Part shown: positions 37,439 through 47,893 of the stretch, piece after piece | How positions within the stretch are numbered: position 1 is the first letter of the stretch | Layout: each line of letters opens with the position of its first letter | Assembly (NCBI GenBank): GCA_009841145.1 | Contig: VXMJ01000040.1 | Span: 2,324-66,323 of the forward strand | DNA length: 64,000 bases | DNA from: Caldilineaceae bacterium SB0661_bin_34 | Lineage (GTDB): Bacteria > Chloroflexota > Anaerolineae > Caldilineales > Caldilineaceae | Direction: 5' to 3' | Translations under genes and position numbers: made by a program | The notes under the pieces: model-generated | What the model saw: the letters and a program-made list of their open reading frames with translations, nothing else | The model's database searches: none | Told to the model about the DNA's origin: nothing

Positions 37439-39322
37439 CTACAGGCTGCGGCACCAGACTGGCGCATCCGCTTCATAGACGCGCACCTCACAGATGCGGG
37501 CGTGGTCGAGGCCATGTGTGGCTTCCACAATGACACGTACCTTATCCACAGGTTCGTCGGTTTCCAGCTTGTGTATACGCCGCCGTTGATAGTTGCCCGT
37601 GACGTCGAGCAGAGAGTGCCACGCGCCAGACACATGTCCTTCAATCCGATAGTCTCGTACCGTCTCCGGCTGGCCTTGGCCCCAGATCACGCGTTCCATA
37701 AAGGCATCGGAATGGGAGAGAGTCAGAGGCCTGTACATGCCTGTATCGAAAACGAGTTCGATCCGGGTTGGCTGAATGGCTCGCTCCCAAGCCAGTTCCA
37801 GAACCGCGGGCAGTCCGTCGGCGGGATCGCTCATCCAGCGATGCAATCCCGGATGAGCCCGGTCGGGCGGCGCGCCCCCCTTGCCGAATACAGCCCGAGT
37901 TTGGCCTGAAATGACGTTGTCAGCCTCACCGCAGGTCTGTTGGCTGGTAGCCGACACTTTGGCCTGTCGAGCCAAATCGCAAGGATCGCAGTTGGTCACA
38001 CCGATAAGGTAGGCATCGTCCCGCAAAAGACGCTGTTGGATGGCGAATACTGCAGCCGAATCATCAGCCAAATCAGCCGAGTCCATATTGTGAGCCGCTG
38101 CATAGGCGGCCGCTGTGCCTACACCCTGGCCTATCACCGCGCAGGTTGCCATGACCCGGGTAGAGGCGAAGGCAATATGGCTGGCCGAGATGTTGCGACC
38201 GGCGAACATCAGGTTGGGCAGTCCCGGAGAGACACAAGAGCGCAGGGGGATGTCAAAAACGTAGTCCGTCATCCTCTGATCACAAGGTCTCTCGTCCACC
38301 GCATCAATTCCGGCCGGTGGGTGGGTATCGATAGGCCAGCCGCCGAAAGCTATGGCGTCGTCAAATGGGGTGGAACGGGTCAGATCTTGCTCTACCAGCA
38401 TGTACTGGCCCATGAAGCGGCGAGACTCCCGCTTTCCGGGCAGGAAACCAAACCAGTCCAGGGCCCAATTCTCTGCTCCGTGATCCCCGTCGTTCTTGAT
38501 ATGGTCCCAGATGCCCAGCAGGATGGCCAGCAGTTCATCCCGAATTGACTCGTTGTCCTTGATGGTATCCAGTTCCCCGCCCCACTCGACCCACCAGTAG
38601 CCGTATTCCAAGCCACCATTAACACCTGGCTTGCTGTGCGGCCGAAACATCAGATCCTCTTCCGTGAATTTCCGTGCCCACGGTGGCGCGACGAAAGGCA
38701 TTGGCCGGTCATGTTCCCGCGCCTGGAAAAGGAGAGTGGATCCCAAGGTTTTGCCGTCACTGTGCTCTGAGGCCAAGCTCTCTCCGTAGACATTTTTGCC
38801 TTCGCGCCCATGCTGGTAGGCGGCACCGGCTGAGACCCCCATCTGGCCATCGCCGGTACAGTCAACAAAGATCCGGGCCCCTATTTGGAAGCGATCCTCC
38901 GTGGACTGACGTTCGGCCACAGCCAGGGCGATGCGCTCGCCTTGCAATTCCACATCGACAACCCGCGTGTTGAGCATTAGTTGCAGGTTCGGTTCAGCCT
39001 GGCAGCGATCGTAGAGAATGAGGTCCAGCATGGAGGCAGCGCGTTGGTCGTTGTGGACCGCAGTCTCCAATCGAATCTCCTCAATGATGCCTCCTTCCCG
39101 AGCCTCGGTTTCCAGCTCCCGACCACGGTGGCCGCTAGCGTCGGCACCCACGATGTGCATACGTACCTCGCTGGACGCGTTGCCTCCCAAAACGGGTCGG
39201 TCCTGGCAGAGAATCACGCTGGCCCCACAACGGGCGGCTGCCAAGGCTGCAGGGAAACCTGCCGGGCCTCCGCCCGCAACAAGAACGTCGCAAGTTAATT
39301 CGTGGTTGCGCAGGATAGTCAC
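37439..39322 (-). CDS. FAD-dependent oxidoreductase (PF12831-like) with a C-terminal discoidin/F5-8-type-C-like domain
   Basis: Rossmann motif DVLVAGGGPAGFPAALAAAR...GGNASSE. The C-terminal ~130 aa ends ...HARICEVRVYE, like carbohydrate-binding discoidin modules. A GTG at 39322 is proposed because there is no ATG between 39532 and the GxGxxG. Confidence 0.75.
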   Translation of the reverse strand: MTILRNHELTCDVLVAGGGPAGFPAALAAARCGASVILCQDRPVLGGNASSEVRMHIVGADASGHRGRELETEAREGGIIEEIRLETAVHNDQRAASMLDLILYDRCQAEPNLQLMLNTRVVDVELQGERIALAVAERQSTEDRFQIGARIFVDCTGDGQMGVSAGAAYQHGREGKNVYGESLASEHSDGKTLGSTLLFQAREHDRPMPFVAPPWARKFTEEDLMFRPHSKPGVNGGLEYGYWWVEWGGELDTIKDNESIRDELLAILLGIWDHIKNDGDHGAENWALDWFGFLPGKRESRRFMGQYMLVEQDLTRSTPFDDAIAFGGWPIDTHPPAGIDAVDERPCDQRMTDYVFDIPLRSCVSPGLPNLMFAGRNISASHIAFASTRVMATCAVIGQGVGTAAAYAAAHNMDSADLADDSAAVFAIQQRLLRDDAYLIGVTNCDPCDLARQAKVSATSQQTCGEADNVISGQTRAVFGKGGAPPDRAHPGLHRWMSDPADGLPAVLELAWERAIQPTRIELVFDTGMYRPLTLSHSDAFMERVIWGQGQPETVRDYRIEGHVSGAWHSLLDVTGNYQRRRIHKLETDEPVDKVRVIVEATHGLDHARICEVRVYEADAPVWCRSL

Positions 39323-39544
39323 GGGTTTTGGATTCCTTTCGGCAGATTTTCGGGGTCGGCAGAAGTGGAACAACAGCGTAATAACGGTGTTGGGAGGGCA
39401 GAATCGTACGAACCAATGCGTACGATGCAACCGTACATCAATTGGAACGCCTAGAACCACATAATCCAGCCATGCCTGTTCCGTCTTGAGGCACGGCTTG
39501 CAAGCAATGTGTTGATGCCTGGCTGCGCCCATCTCCCGATCAGT

Positions 39545-40681
39545 TCAGATCTTGGGCTCCGCTAAGAACTGATGCAACGCGGTGGCCAGATCCCACCCAA
39601 AGGCGCGGGCTGATTCAGGGGTGACCATCTCGCCGTCGACGTTGGCATAGGGAATCTCCACAACAGAACTGGCCAGGACCTCGGGAAGTGCTTCGCCCCA
39701 GCGCTCCGAGGTCTGTCGTGGCCCGTAGTCGACATTCCACTCGTCTCCGTAGGCGAGATTATTGTTCACCCGATAGGGCAAGGGACCAGTGCGTGTCTGC
39801 TCCAGGATGGCGCAAAAGCGTTCCACACGCCGCCAGTTGTCCCGGTCGGGACCCCCTACAAAGTGGATGCGTTCGTGGGAACCGCCCCTGATGGCAGGAC
39901 AGTGAAAATCCAGGATGAACCGGAGTTTCCCTTCGCTCCAGGGCGGAACGCGCTTTTTGACTGCCTGCACCGTTGGGTAAATGCTTCCCTCTCCGTAGTC
40001 TTCCCAGTGATCGTAGGGTCTGCGCCGTTTACCTTGGTCTCCTTCCTCCACGCCGTCCTTGTCCATGAAGGGGATTACGAGAAACTCGACGTGTTCCCGC
40101 AGCCATGCGCCCGGTCCCGTCTGGGTCAATACCGCTTCCAACATCCCTTCCATGCTGTACGTCGCTATCGCCTCGCAAGCGTGGTGGCGACCAATCAGCA
40201 GAACCCGGTGGTCAGGGGATCCATCCAGATGTCCCAGATGTAGCATTTCCACGTCCCGTCCCCGCTTGGTGCGACATAGAGTGCCTATCCTGAGATTAGG
40301 GTGGCGGGAAAACCGAGCCAGAAAGGTCTGCAAGTGGGCTTCCAGATACGGGATCGTGAACGAAAAGTGCACGGAGTCCGCCTGGGGAGGGAATGTGAAG
40401 GTAAAGCTCTGTCCCTGAACTGCTTCTGCCCCGAGCCAAGACCAGTGTCTGCCATCGTCGACACTCACGGCCGGACCTCGCACCCCAATGGCATCGCTGG
40501 CCGTAAAGCGAAATTCCAGAGTGCGGCCGGCGGCTCCCCTGATGCGGAAGTACCAGTAGAACCAGTTGACGAAGGTGTCGCGCAAATCCTGATGCAGGGA
40601 AATCAAATCACCATCCACCGCATCGACAACGATATTGCCGCCCGGAAAATCGCTGTCAATGATCGGATCAGTTCTGCTCAT
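39545..40681 (-). CDS. M14-family (cytosolic-carboxypeptidase-like, M14D) metallopeptidase homologue
   Basis: N-terminal beta-sandwich signature (FPGGNIVV...NWFYWYFRIRG...) followed by HxxE (RHHACEAIA). No signal peptide. Start at MSRTDP (40681). Confidence 0.65.
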   Translation of the reverse strand: MSRTDPIIDSDFPGGNIVVDAVDGDLISLHQDLRDTFVNWFYWYFRIRGAAGRTLEFRFTASDAIGVRGPAVSVDDGRHWSWLGAEAVQGQSFTFTFPPQADSVHFSFTIPYLEAHLQTFLARFSRHPNLRIGTLCRTKRGRDVEMLHLGHLDGSPDHRVLLIGRHHACEAIATYSMEGMLEAVLTQTGPGAWLREHVEFLVIPFMDKDGVEEGDQGKRRRPYDHWEDYGEGSIYPTVQAVKKRVPPWSEGKLRFILDFHCPAIRGGSHERIHFVGGPDRDNWRRVERFCAILEQTRTGPLPYRVNNNLAYGDEWNVDYGPRQTSERWGEALPEVLASSVVEIPYANVDGEMVTPESARAFGWDLATALHQFLAEPKI

Positions 40682-40757
40682 GGCTGTTCCTCCGGTGTAA
40701 CAAGATCCCACAGCACAGAGGTTACAAAGGTGATTGGACCTGAGGCCGGGGCAGGAG

Positions 40758-41615
40758 CTATCCGCGGATTCCGGTCAGGGTGACACCCTGTACGAAGTGG
40801 CGTTGGAAGAAGGCAAAGACCAACAGGACAGGGATCACCATCACGGTTGAGGCTGCCATCAGTTGGTTATATAACGAGTTCATGTAGGGTAGACCCCGGA
40901 AACTGTGTAGTCCGAGGGCAACCGTGCGAAGCCGTTCATCGGTCAGGAAAATCATGGGGCCCATGAAGTCATTCCAGCTGGCCTGGAAACTGAAAATGGC
41001 CACGGTGGCCAAGGCCGGCTTTGCCAGGGGCAGGACGACTCGCCAGAGGATATCCAATTCCGAACAGCCATCAATGCGCGCCGCATCGGTCAAGTCATCG
41101 GGAATGCCCAGGAAGAACTGGCGCAGCAGGAAAAGGTAGAAGGGCGAACCAAAAAACGCCGGCACCATCAGCGGGGCAAAGGTATTGATCCAGCGCAGCT
41201 GGTGGAAGAGCAGGTAGGTGGGGATGAGCCGGACAATGCCGGGGAGCATCAACATGCTCAACAGTGAGGCAAACAACAAATCCCGCCCCCTAAACCGGAA
41301 GCGCGAAAACCCGTAGGCTGCCAGTACGTTGGACGCCAAGTCGCCGACAATCACCACCGCGGTCACATACAGTGTATTCTTGAAATAGAGTCCGAAAGGT
41401 AGGAAAGTCAAGGCTGCAGGGTAGTTTTCCCAGGCGAAGGGATTGGGAATCCAGGATGGAGGAAAGGAGACAACCTGTGCCATGGTCTGTAGGGATGCCG
41501 AGATCATCCACACCAAAGGCAGGATCATGGCAAGCGCCCCGATCAACGCGATCAGGTGCCAGACTACCGTGGAGAACCGACGACGAACCAGCAGCCAGCG
41601 GATGTTGCCAACCAT
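40758..41615 (-). CDS. Carbohydrate ABC transporter permease (MalG type)
   Basis: EAA loop DAARIDGCSELDILWRVVLPLAKP. Confidence 0.85.
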   Translation of the reverse strand: MVGNIRWLLVRRRFSTVVWHLIALIGALAMILPLVWMISASLQTMAQVVSFPPSWIPNPFAWENYPAALTFLPFGLYFKNTLYVTAVVIVGDLASNVLAAYGFSRFRFRGRDLLFASLLSMLMLPGIVRLIPTYLLFHQLRWINTFAPLMVPAFFGSPFYLFLLRQFFLGIPDDLTDAARIDGCSELDILWRVVLPLAKPALATVAIFSFQASWNDFMGPMIFLTDERLRTVALGLHSFRGLPYMNSLYNQLMAASTVMVIPVLLVFAFFQRHFVQGVTLTGIRG

Positions 41616-42539
41616 TTAGAATCGGCCCCCTGTCCTGCCTTCGTAATAGACCCAGGATCTTGACGTCTTCAAGATAAGAAAGGTCAGCAACAACACCAGA
41701 ATAAACAGCATCCAGGCGGTGGCCGAGGCGTAACCCATCTTGAAGTAGCGGAACGCGTTGTCGTAAATCAAAAGGGAAATGTAGTAGGTGGAATTGACCG
41801 GCCCGCCTCTGGTCATGATGAAAGGCGCATTGAATGCTTGAAACGAGGCGATCAGTCCCATAACCAAGTGAAAGAACAGGGTTGGAGTCATCATTGGCAA
41901 GGTGATGGCAAAGAAACGACGCCACGCCCTGGCACCGTCGATTTCGGCCGCTTCATGCAGATGTTCCGGAACGCTTTGCAGCCCAGCCAGGTAAAGCACC
42001 ATTCCGGTGCCGATGCTCCAAAGGCTCATCAGGATCAAGCCTGGTGTGGCCCAATCCGGATCGATCAGCCACCCGGGTCCTTTAACGCCAAAGAGGCCAA
42101 TAAAATAGTTAACCAGGCCCACACTGGGATTGAGGATTACCAGCCAGATCACCGCTGAGGCCACGGTGGGTACGACACTGGGTACGTAAAACGCAGTGCG
42201 GTAGATGTAGGCTCCTTTGATCCTGTTCAGCAACAGGGCAACGGCAAAAGCCAAGCCAATCCCGAGTGGTACCGATACCAACACATAGTACGCCGTGATT
42301 CCAAAGGACTGTGCTACCAATTCCTCCGTAAACGCCTTCTGGTAGTTGGCCAAGCCCGTCCACTTGGGTTTCGTTATGATGCTGTACTTGGTAAAACTAA
42401 AAACCAGTGCAGCCAGGATCGGGCCCAGATTGAAGATGAGCATTCCCAAAACAGCAGGGCAAATAAAGAGAAGACCGTACAGTGCTTCCCTGCGCTGTAT
42501 GGACCGATTTTTTGACAGCCTTGAGGTTGGGAACCTCAT
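41616..42539 (-). CDS. Carbohydrate ABC transporter permease (MalF type)
   Basis: Start at MRFPTSRLSKNRSIQRREALYGLLFICPAVLG (42539). EAA region EAAEIDGARAWRRFFAITLP. Its stop abuts the next start. Confidence 0.85.
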   Translation of the reverse strand: MRFPTSRLSKNRSIQRREALYGLLFICPAVLGMLIFNLGPILAALVFSFTKYSIITKPKWTGLANYQKAFTEELVAQSFGITAYYVLVSVPLGIGLAFAVALLLNRIKGAYIYRTAFYVPSVVPTVASAVIWLVILNPSVGLVNYFIGLFGVKGPGWLIDPDWATPGLILMSLWSIGTGMVLYLAGLQSVPEHLHEAAEIDGARAWRRFFAITLPMMTPTLFFHLVMGLIASFQAFNAPFIMTRGGPVNSTYYISLLIYDNAFRYFKMGYASATAWMLFILVLLLTFLILKTSRSWVYYEGRTGGRF

Positions 42540-42785
42540 GGAATCAAACAGATCGAACCTCCTTGGCCCAATGCATTTCGCAGGAGCCGGCTTAAAGCGT
42601 GTGGAGCAATTGCCTGCTGTGCCCTGCTCGCGGGTCAGCAGAACAATCTCCATTCCCGGACATGACCGCTAATCATTGCGGGAGAAACGGATTCCCTTGA
42701 CTAAGCACGCCGACGGCTCCTGTCAAGAGAACCCGTTTCACCCCCAACTGCCTACCTCTCACAGCAGGAAGGGCTTTTGGTGGGA

Positions 42786-44132
42786 CTAAGCCTCAGCCCA
42801 CCACTCGTCCAGCATTTCCTGAAGCCTGACCCCTACTTCTGCGACTGCTTCCGCGGGAGTCTTACGGTGATAGTAGACTTCCTCCAAGGAAGATCTCATG
42901 ACATCACCAACTTCATTCCATACAGGGAACGAATTCCCGTACACCTTGGTGCGCTCAGTCGCTTCTTCGACCACGGGCCAGAACGGGGCTGTCTGGTACG
43001 CCGGTGTCTCCGAACATGCCTTGAGGGGATGTGCCTGAAGCTGCGCGGTCATGAACTTGCAGCTTCCCTCCAGATCATAGGTGAGCCATTTGAGCAGTTG
43101 CCAAGCCGCGTCCGGTTCCTTGGTTCCCCTCGGCATTGCATAACCCCAACTGTAGTTATAGCTGCCTACCCAAGGGCTGTCGTTGTTCACGGGACTGACC
43201 GCGGACAGGTAGTCGAGGTCAGGTGCCTGATCCTTGACGTAGAAGTAATTCCAGCCGCCGCTAAACTGGATACTCTGCAACCCGGAATAGAAGGGGTTGG
43301 TCTCAAAGGCGGAAGTGGTGCTCTGCCAGGCGGCTACCTTTTCAATACCACCCTGAGCTTCCATTACGTCAAACATAAACTGTACGGACTCTACGGTTAG
43401 CTCATTGTCGATCAAGGACGTTTGGCCATCATCACTGATCATGGGAGCATCATTGCAGGCCATGTAGTGTCTGAAACCATCCGGACCGCCGTACAAGGTG
43501 CAACCCAAGCGTTTGATCTCATCATCCTCGAAGACCACAAGCTTTGCAATTGCATCCAACATCTCAGTCCAGGTCGACGGAGGATTCTCCGGATCGAGAC
43601 CGACTTCCTCGAAGTCGGCAGGAATGTAGAACATGAGATTTTGGGCACCGCCCATGGTGTTGGGCAGTACCCATACATTGCCTTCCCGCTGCATGGCTTT
43701 GGCTTCGGGCCCATAGTACTGGTCCAGCGTGATGCCCGCTTCCGCCATCCTTTCCGTCAAGGGCAGAAGGGCTTCCGCTCTGACAAATGGAGCCATGTCA
43801 TGCTGGGCAAGCATGGTGACATCGGGGGGTGTGCCCGCCGTAATCGATGCCAGCAGTTTCTCCAGGCGCTGCCCCCAGGGCTGCAGCGTGACCTCTGCTG
43901 TGATATGAGGGTACGCGGCCATGAAATCTGCGATCTGGGTGTCCATCAAGGGGACGCGACCACCACCCCAGTGGTGCCACAGTCTGACGGTTACCGGCTC
44001 AGGCGCAGCTGTATCTTCTGGAGCAACCTCTGATACAGGAAGGGGCTGGCATGCCGCCAAGCCGACCCCCACCCCGGCCATCAATGTTGTCTGTAGAAAT
44101 CGACGCCGAGACAACCCATGTTGATTCCCCAC
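42786..44132 (-). CDS. Carbohydrate ABC transporter substrate-binding lipoprotein (family 1)
   Basis: Tat-type signal plus lipobox (LSRRRFLQTTLMAGVGVGLAAC). First gene of the 44132-to-37439 minus-strand operon. Confidence 0.85.
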   Translation of the reverse strand: MGNQHGLSRRRFLQTTLMAGVGVGLAACQPLPVSEVAPEDTAAPEPVTVRLWHHWGGGRVPLMDTQIADFMAAYPHITAEVTLQPWGQRLEKLLASITAGTPPDVTMLAQHDMAPFVRAEALLPLTERMAEAGITLDQYYGPEAKAMQREGNVWVLPNTMGGAQNLMFYIPADFEEVGLDPENPPSTWTEMLDAIAKLVVFEDDEIKRLGCTLYGGPDGFRHYMACNDAPMISDDGQTSLIDNELTVESVQFMFDVMEAQGGIEKVAAWQSTTSAFETNPFYSGLQSIQFSGGWNYFYVKDQAPDLDYLSAVSPVNNDSPWVGSYNYSWGYAMPRGTKEPDAAWQLLKWLTYDLEGSCKFMTAQLQAHPLKACSETPAYQTAPFWPVVEEATERTKVYGNSFPVWNEVGDVMRSSLEEVYYHRKTPAEAVAEVGVRLQEMLDEWWAEA

Positions 44133-44248
44133 GGTAGCCTACCCCTTGAAGGGAACCCCTTCAATTTGATGATTTCACAGAAATCTTGATTGGGCATTGT
44201 ATCCCATCCTAAAATAGGCAACAAGTCGCGAAAATCCATCCCATTGCC

Positions 44249-44537
44249 CTGCGGGCACAGGACGTGACACCGCATATGGTCCAGGGCTAACACTCGGCCA
44301 TCAACGAGCGCACGACGTGGCATGCGGACTACCGCATCAGTCGGCACAAGTGCAAGCGGGGGGAGGAGATCTTCGGCTGGATGAAGAGGATGGTGACTTC
44401 CGGTGCAGCAGCTACCCAGGGGAGCGCGCACCGGACTGGCCGGCCGCATAGTGGCCAGGGTCTACTACCTGGCAGCGATGCAAACAGTGCCGTGGTCCAC
44501 CGCCTGGCAGGCCGCGGAAAACCCGAGCTTGGGGTAG
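44249..44537 (+). mobile_element. IS4/IS5-superfamily (DDE_Tnp_1) transposase C-terminal relic
   Basis: The plus strand reads ...DVTPHMVQG*HSAINERTTWHADYRISRHKCKRGEEIFGWMKRM..., then after a frameshift ...RGARTGLAGRIVARVYYLAAM... It matches the conserved tail (..tPH..q....SAId.RT....Y..Sqr.RkrvEE.FGW.K...g.R..r.RG...). In-frame TAA at 44288-44290. No upstream DDE core. Confidence 0.55.
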
Positions 44538-45119
44538 GACGCGGCCACCATCCAGTGAGAGAGATCCAACCATGCGCGGCCGCCGTAACCTGCAACCGAT
44601 GAGGCCGGCGAAAGGGAACCCGGAGAGCGGGTCCTGACGGACCATCCCTGTGCACGATCTAAGGCCCTGGACCGGCTTTCCCCGGAGTTCAACGCCATGC
44701 ACTCCAAAGGTCGGGTGTCCCTCCGTGCCCTCAAACCGCTGCCCCAGGCCTCCTTCCTGATCTCCCTTTTCTCGGTTTACAACGAACGGACCTTCTGCGA
44801 GGAGCCGGGCGACCTGTGCCACCATTCGCCGCGGGTCCATCCTGCGAGGCACTATCTTCCCGCAGGGTGGCGTTGTCAGCTTCCAGCGCGGCCAGACAGC
44901 GGGACGGATCGGAGGGGGTCGGGACGGGCATCTCAGGACCCGCGCCCGCAACAGGGCAGGTCGGCGACGGGGAACGCGGGTCTGTGCAACTTGCAGCACA
45001 TTCCGGGCCCGAGCGTCAGCCCCGGACCGCCAAAGCCAGCCATAATATATACGCCGTATGCCCAGCTTGACTGCCCAAGGCAGATCCAAGTCCAAGGCCA
45101 AACCTCAGCACCCCGTCCG

Positions 45120-46508
45120 ATGCGAGACAACATCCTGCTGCAAACCGACAGCTACAAACAGACACACTGGCGGATGTATCCGCCCGGCACCACCGAGATA
45201 GAGTCCTATATGGAAGCACGGCGGGGAGGGGACTACCGCCACGTCGTATTCTTTGGCCTCCAGTACCTACTCAAACGCTACCTTGCTGGCATCCGGGTCA
45301 CGGCGGAGCAAATTCAACAGGGCGAAGAGTTCTGCCAGGCCCATTTCGGACAGGATGTGTGGCCCCGTGCCGGCTGGCAGCACATCCTGGACCACCATGA
45401 CGGTCGCCTGCCCGTGGAAATCTGCGCTGTGCGCGAGGGCCTGCGCGTACCTACAGGCCAAGTCCTGCTAACCATCCGCAATACGGATCCCGCCTGCTAC
45501 TGGCTGACCAACCACTTGGAAACCATGCTGGTGCAGGTCTGGTACCCGACGACCATCGCCTCGCTGGATCGCATACAGTACGACATTCTGCATAAGGCGG
45601 CCGAGCAGTCCGGCGATCCGGACGGCGTGCCCTTTCAGTTGCATGACTTCGGCTATCGCGGCTCTACATCCGAGGAATCGGCCGCACTGGGTGCCGCGGC
45701 CCATCTGCTGCATTTCCAGGGTACCGATACTCTGGCGGGTTGTCGCCTACTGCAGGCGTACTACGGAGCCGGCATGCCCGGCTTTTCCGTCCCCGCTGCA
45801 GAGCATTCCACCATCACGGCCTGGGGCCCCGAAGGCGAGACCGACGCCTTTACCCACATCCTGGAAGCCTATCCCTCCGGCATTGTTAGTGTCGTCAGCG
45901 ATTCCTGGGACATCCGGCATGCGTGCCGGGAATTGTGGGGGTCCGCACTGCGGGACCAAGTGCTGGAGCGTTCCGGCACCGTGGTGGTGCGTCCCGACAG
46001 CGGCGATCCTGTCCTGACGGTATTGGAGTGCCTGAATTTGCTGGGCGAGGCCTTCGGCGCCCCCTGTAATGCCAAGGGCTATCGCCTGCTACCGGACCAC
46101 ATCCGCCTAATTCAGGGCGATGGCATCACACGTGAGAGTCTGCCTCTCATTGTGGAGGCACTGCTGGAAGCTGGCTGGAGTACCGACAACGTGGTGTTCG
46201 GGTCCGGCGGCGGCCTGTTGCAGGAATGCACCCGGGACACTCTTCGCATCGCCATGAAGTGCTGTCATGCCGTTGTGAACGGAGAAGGCCGGGACGTATA
46301 CAAGCAGCCGGTCACGGATCCCGACAAGCACAGCCAACGCGGGCGCCTAGCCCTTGTACAGGACGCCGCTACCGGGGAATTGCGTACGGTGCGCGCCGAT
46401 CAGCTTCGGGATTCGGATCACAACCTGCTGGAACCCGTGTTTCGGGACGGTGAGATCCTGCGCGACATGGCGTGGGATGAAGTGTTGACCCAGGTAGCGG
46501 AGTCCTGA
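45120..46508 (+). CDS. nadV: Nicotinamide phosphoribosyltransferase (NAMPT)
   Basis: MRDNILLQTDSYKQTHWRMYPPGT...FGLQYLLKRYL...HDFGYRGSTS...VVSDSWD...RPDSGDP are NadV/NAMPT hallmarks. The start at 45120 is preferred over the 44697 ORF start. Confidence 0.85.
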   Translation: MRDNILLQTDSYKQTHWRMYPPGTTEIESYMEARRGGDYRHVVFFGLQYLLKRYLAGIRVTAEQIQQGEEFCQAHFGQDVWPRAGWQHILDHHDGRLPVEICAVREGLRVPTGQVLLTIRNTDPACYWLTNHLETMLVQVWYPTTIASLDRIQYDILHKAAEQSGDPDGVPFQLHDFGYRGSTSEESAALGAAAHLLHFQGTDTLAGCRLLQAYYGAGMPGFSVPAAEHSTITAWGPEGETDAFTHILEAYPSGIVSVVSDSWDIRHACRELWGSALRDQVLERSGTVVVRPDSGDPVLTVLECLNLLGEAFGAPCNAKGYRLLPDHIRLIQGDGITRESLPLIVEALLEAGWSTDNVVFGSGGGLLQECTRDTLRIAMKCCHAVVNGEGRDVYKQPVTDPDKHSQRGRLALVQDAATGELRTVRADQLRDSDHNLLEPVFRDGEILRDMAWDEVLTQVAES

Positions 46509-46600
46509 TGCCATGAAACGCGGGCCGCACGACCGCAACGGATCAAGCATCGGGACCGATGGGCATGCGTGCGTATGCCTGAAACCGAAGGAAGAGCCAT

Positions 46601-47707
46601 ATGGCCCTACGTGCCATTGACACGGACATTCATGCCGTAGTACCTGCATCCAGCATTGAGCCGCGCCTGCCCCAGCCGTGGAAACTCCGCTTTTCCATGG
46701 GCGATCGCGGCCCCGGTTCTCTGGGGTATTGGAACCCCAATGGTGTGATGCGGCGTGACGCGGTGGCACCGGATGGCCGCCGGGTGGAGAGTGATCCCCA
46801 CTTGTTGGCGCGGTATTTCTTCGATGTTCATGACCTGGAATACGGCATCCTCAACTTTACGGGTCCGGCCCTGAATCTGGGCCTGTCCCCGGATCCCATG
46901 TACGCGGCGGCCGTGGCCACGGCCGCCAACGATGCCGTCGTGGAAGAATGGCTGCCGGTGGATGAACGCTTCTACGGGTCAATCACCGTCACACCCAACA
47001 ATCCCGAGGTTGCGGCCGCGGAGATTCGCCGTTTGGGCCATGAGAAACGCATGCCCCAGGTCCTGATGGTGTCCGGTGCCCGCATGCCCATGGGCCAAGC
47101 CTGGTTCCATCCCATCTACGAAGCCTGTGCGGAGGTGGGCAAACCCATCGCCATTCATCCGGGCTCCGAGGGCGTGGGGATCTCAGGGCCCCCTACCGCT
47201 GTGGGCTATCCCACCAACTATCTGGAATGGCACACGGATCTGGTGGGCAGCTACATCGGGCATCTGGTCAGCATGGTGACGGAAGGGGTATTCGTCAAGT
47301 ACCCGGACCTGAAATTCGTCCTGATTGAAGGCGGAGTATCTTGGCTGCCGCCCATTCTCTGGCGTTTGGACAAGAACTGGAAAGCCCTGCGCCAGACTGC
47401 CCCCTGGCTGGAACGTCCACCCAGTGAATATGTTTACGAACATGTCCTGCTGACCACCCAGCCCATCGAGGAGCCGGAACCCATCGGCTTCCTCCATCAA
47501 ATGCTGGCCATGTTCCCGGCCGAACACATGCTCATGTTCGCCACCGACTTCCCCCACTGGGACAACGACATGCCCGATTTCACGGCTCGACTCATTCCCG
47601 AACACTTGCGTCGAAACGTGATGAGCGAAACGGCAAGGCGGCTGTATCGTCTGCCTGCACCGACCGCCATGTCCGAAAAATCCGGACCTGCGTTGCTTCA
47701 GGCTTAG
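46601..47707 (+). CDS. Amidohydrolase_2 (COG2159-like) metal-dependent hydrolase
   Basis: AIDTDIH at the N-terminus, IAIHPG, LIEGGVSW, FATDFPHWD at the C-terminus. Confidence 0.75.
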   Translation: MALRAIDTDIHAVVPASSIEPRLPQPWKLRFSMGDRGPGSLGYWNPNGVMRRDAVAPDGRRVESDPHLLARYFFDVHDLEYGILNFTGPALNLGLSPDPMYAAAVATAANDAVVEEWLPVDERFYGSITVTPNNPEVAAAEIRRLGHEKRMPQVLMVSGARMPMGQAWFHPIYEACAEVGKPIAIHPGSEGVGISGPPTAVGYPTNYLEWHTDLVGSYIGHLVSMVTEGVFVKYPDLKFVLIEGGVSWLPPILWRLDKNWKALRQTAPWLERPPSEYVYEHVLLTTQPIEEPEPIGFLHQMLAMFPAEHMLMFATDFPHWDNDMPDFTARLIPEHLRRNVMSETARRLYRLPAPTAMSEKSGPALLQA

Positions 47708-47893
47708 GAACAACAGGGGCTTTATGCTGCCGGCTGGAAGGATGCGGCCCTGTTTCGTTCTCGTTGATGCAGGTATCTGCCCACTGTAGCCGAACCGGCT
47801 TCCATTGATCTGGAAGCAGGCTCTGCACAGTGCGGGTGGGGTGTGGGCGAGAACCCGCTTCAGCCTTGCGCCGGCCTACCCGTCCAGTTTCCG

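Noticed and set aside
44412-45101. 229-aa minus-strand ORF in the spacer before nadV
   Set aside because: The sequence is Arg/Pro-rich with no motifs, and it overlaps the plus-strand transposase relic. A short ALEADNATLRE stretch (44731-44931 frame) faintly recalls IS3/IS66 leucine-zipper regions, but I could not extend it, so I made no call.
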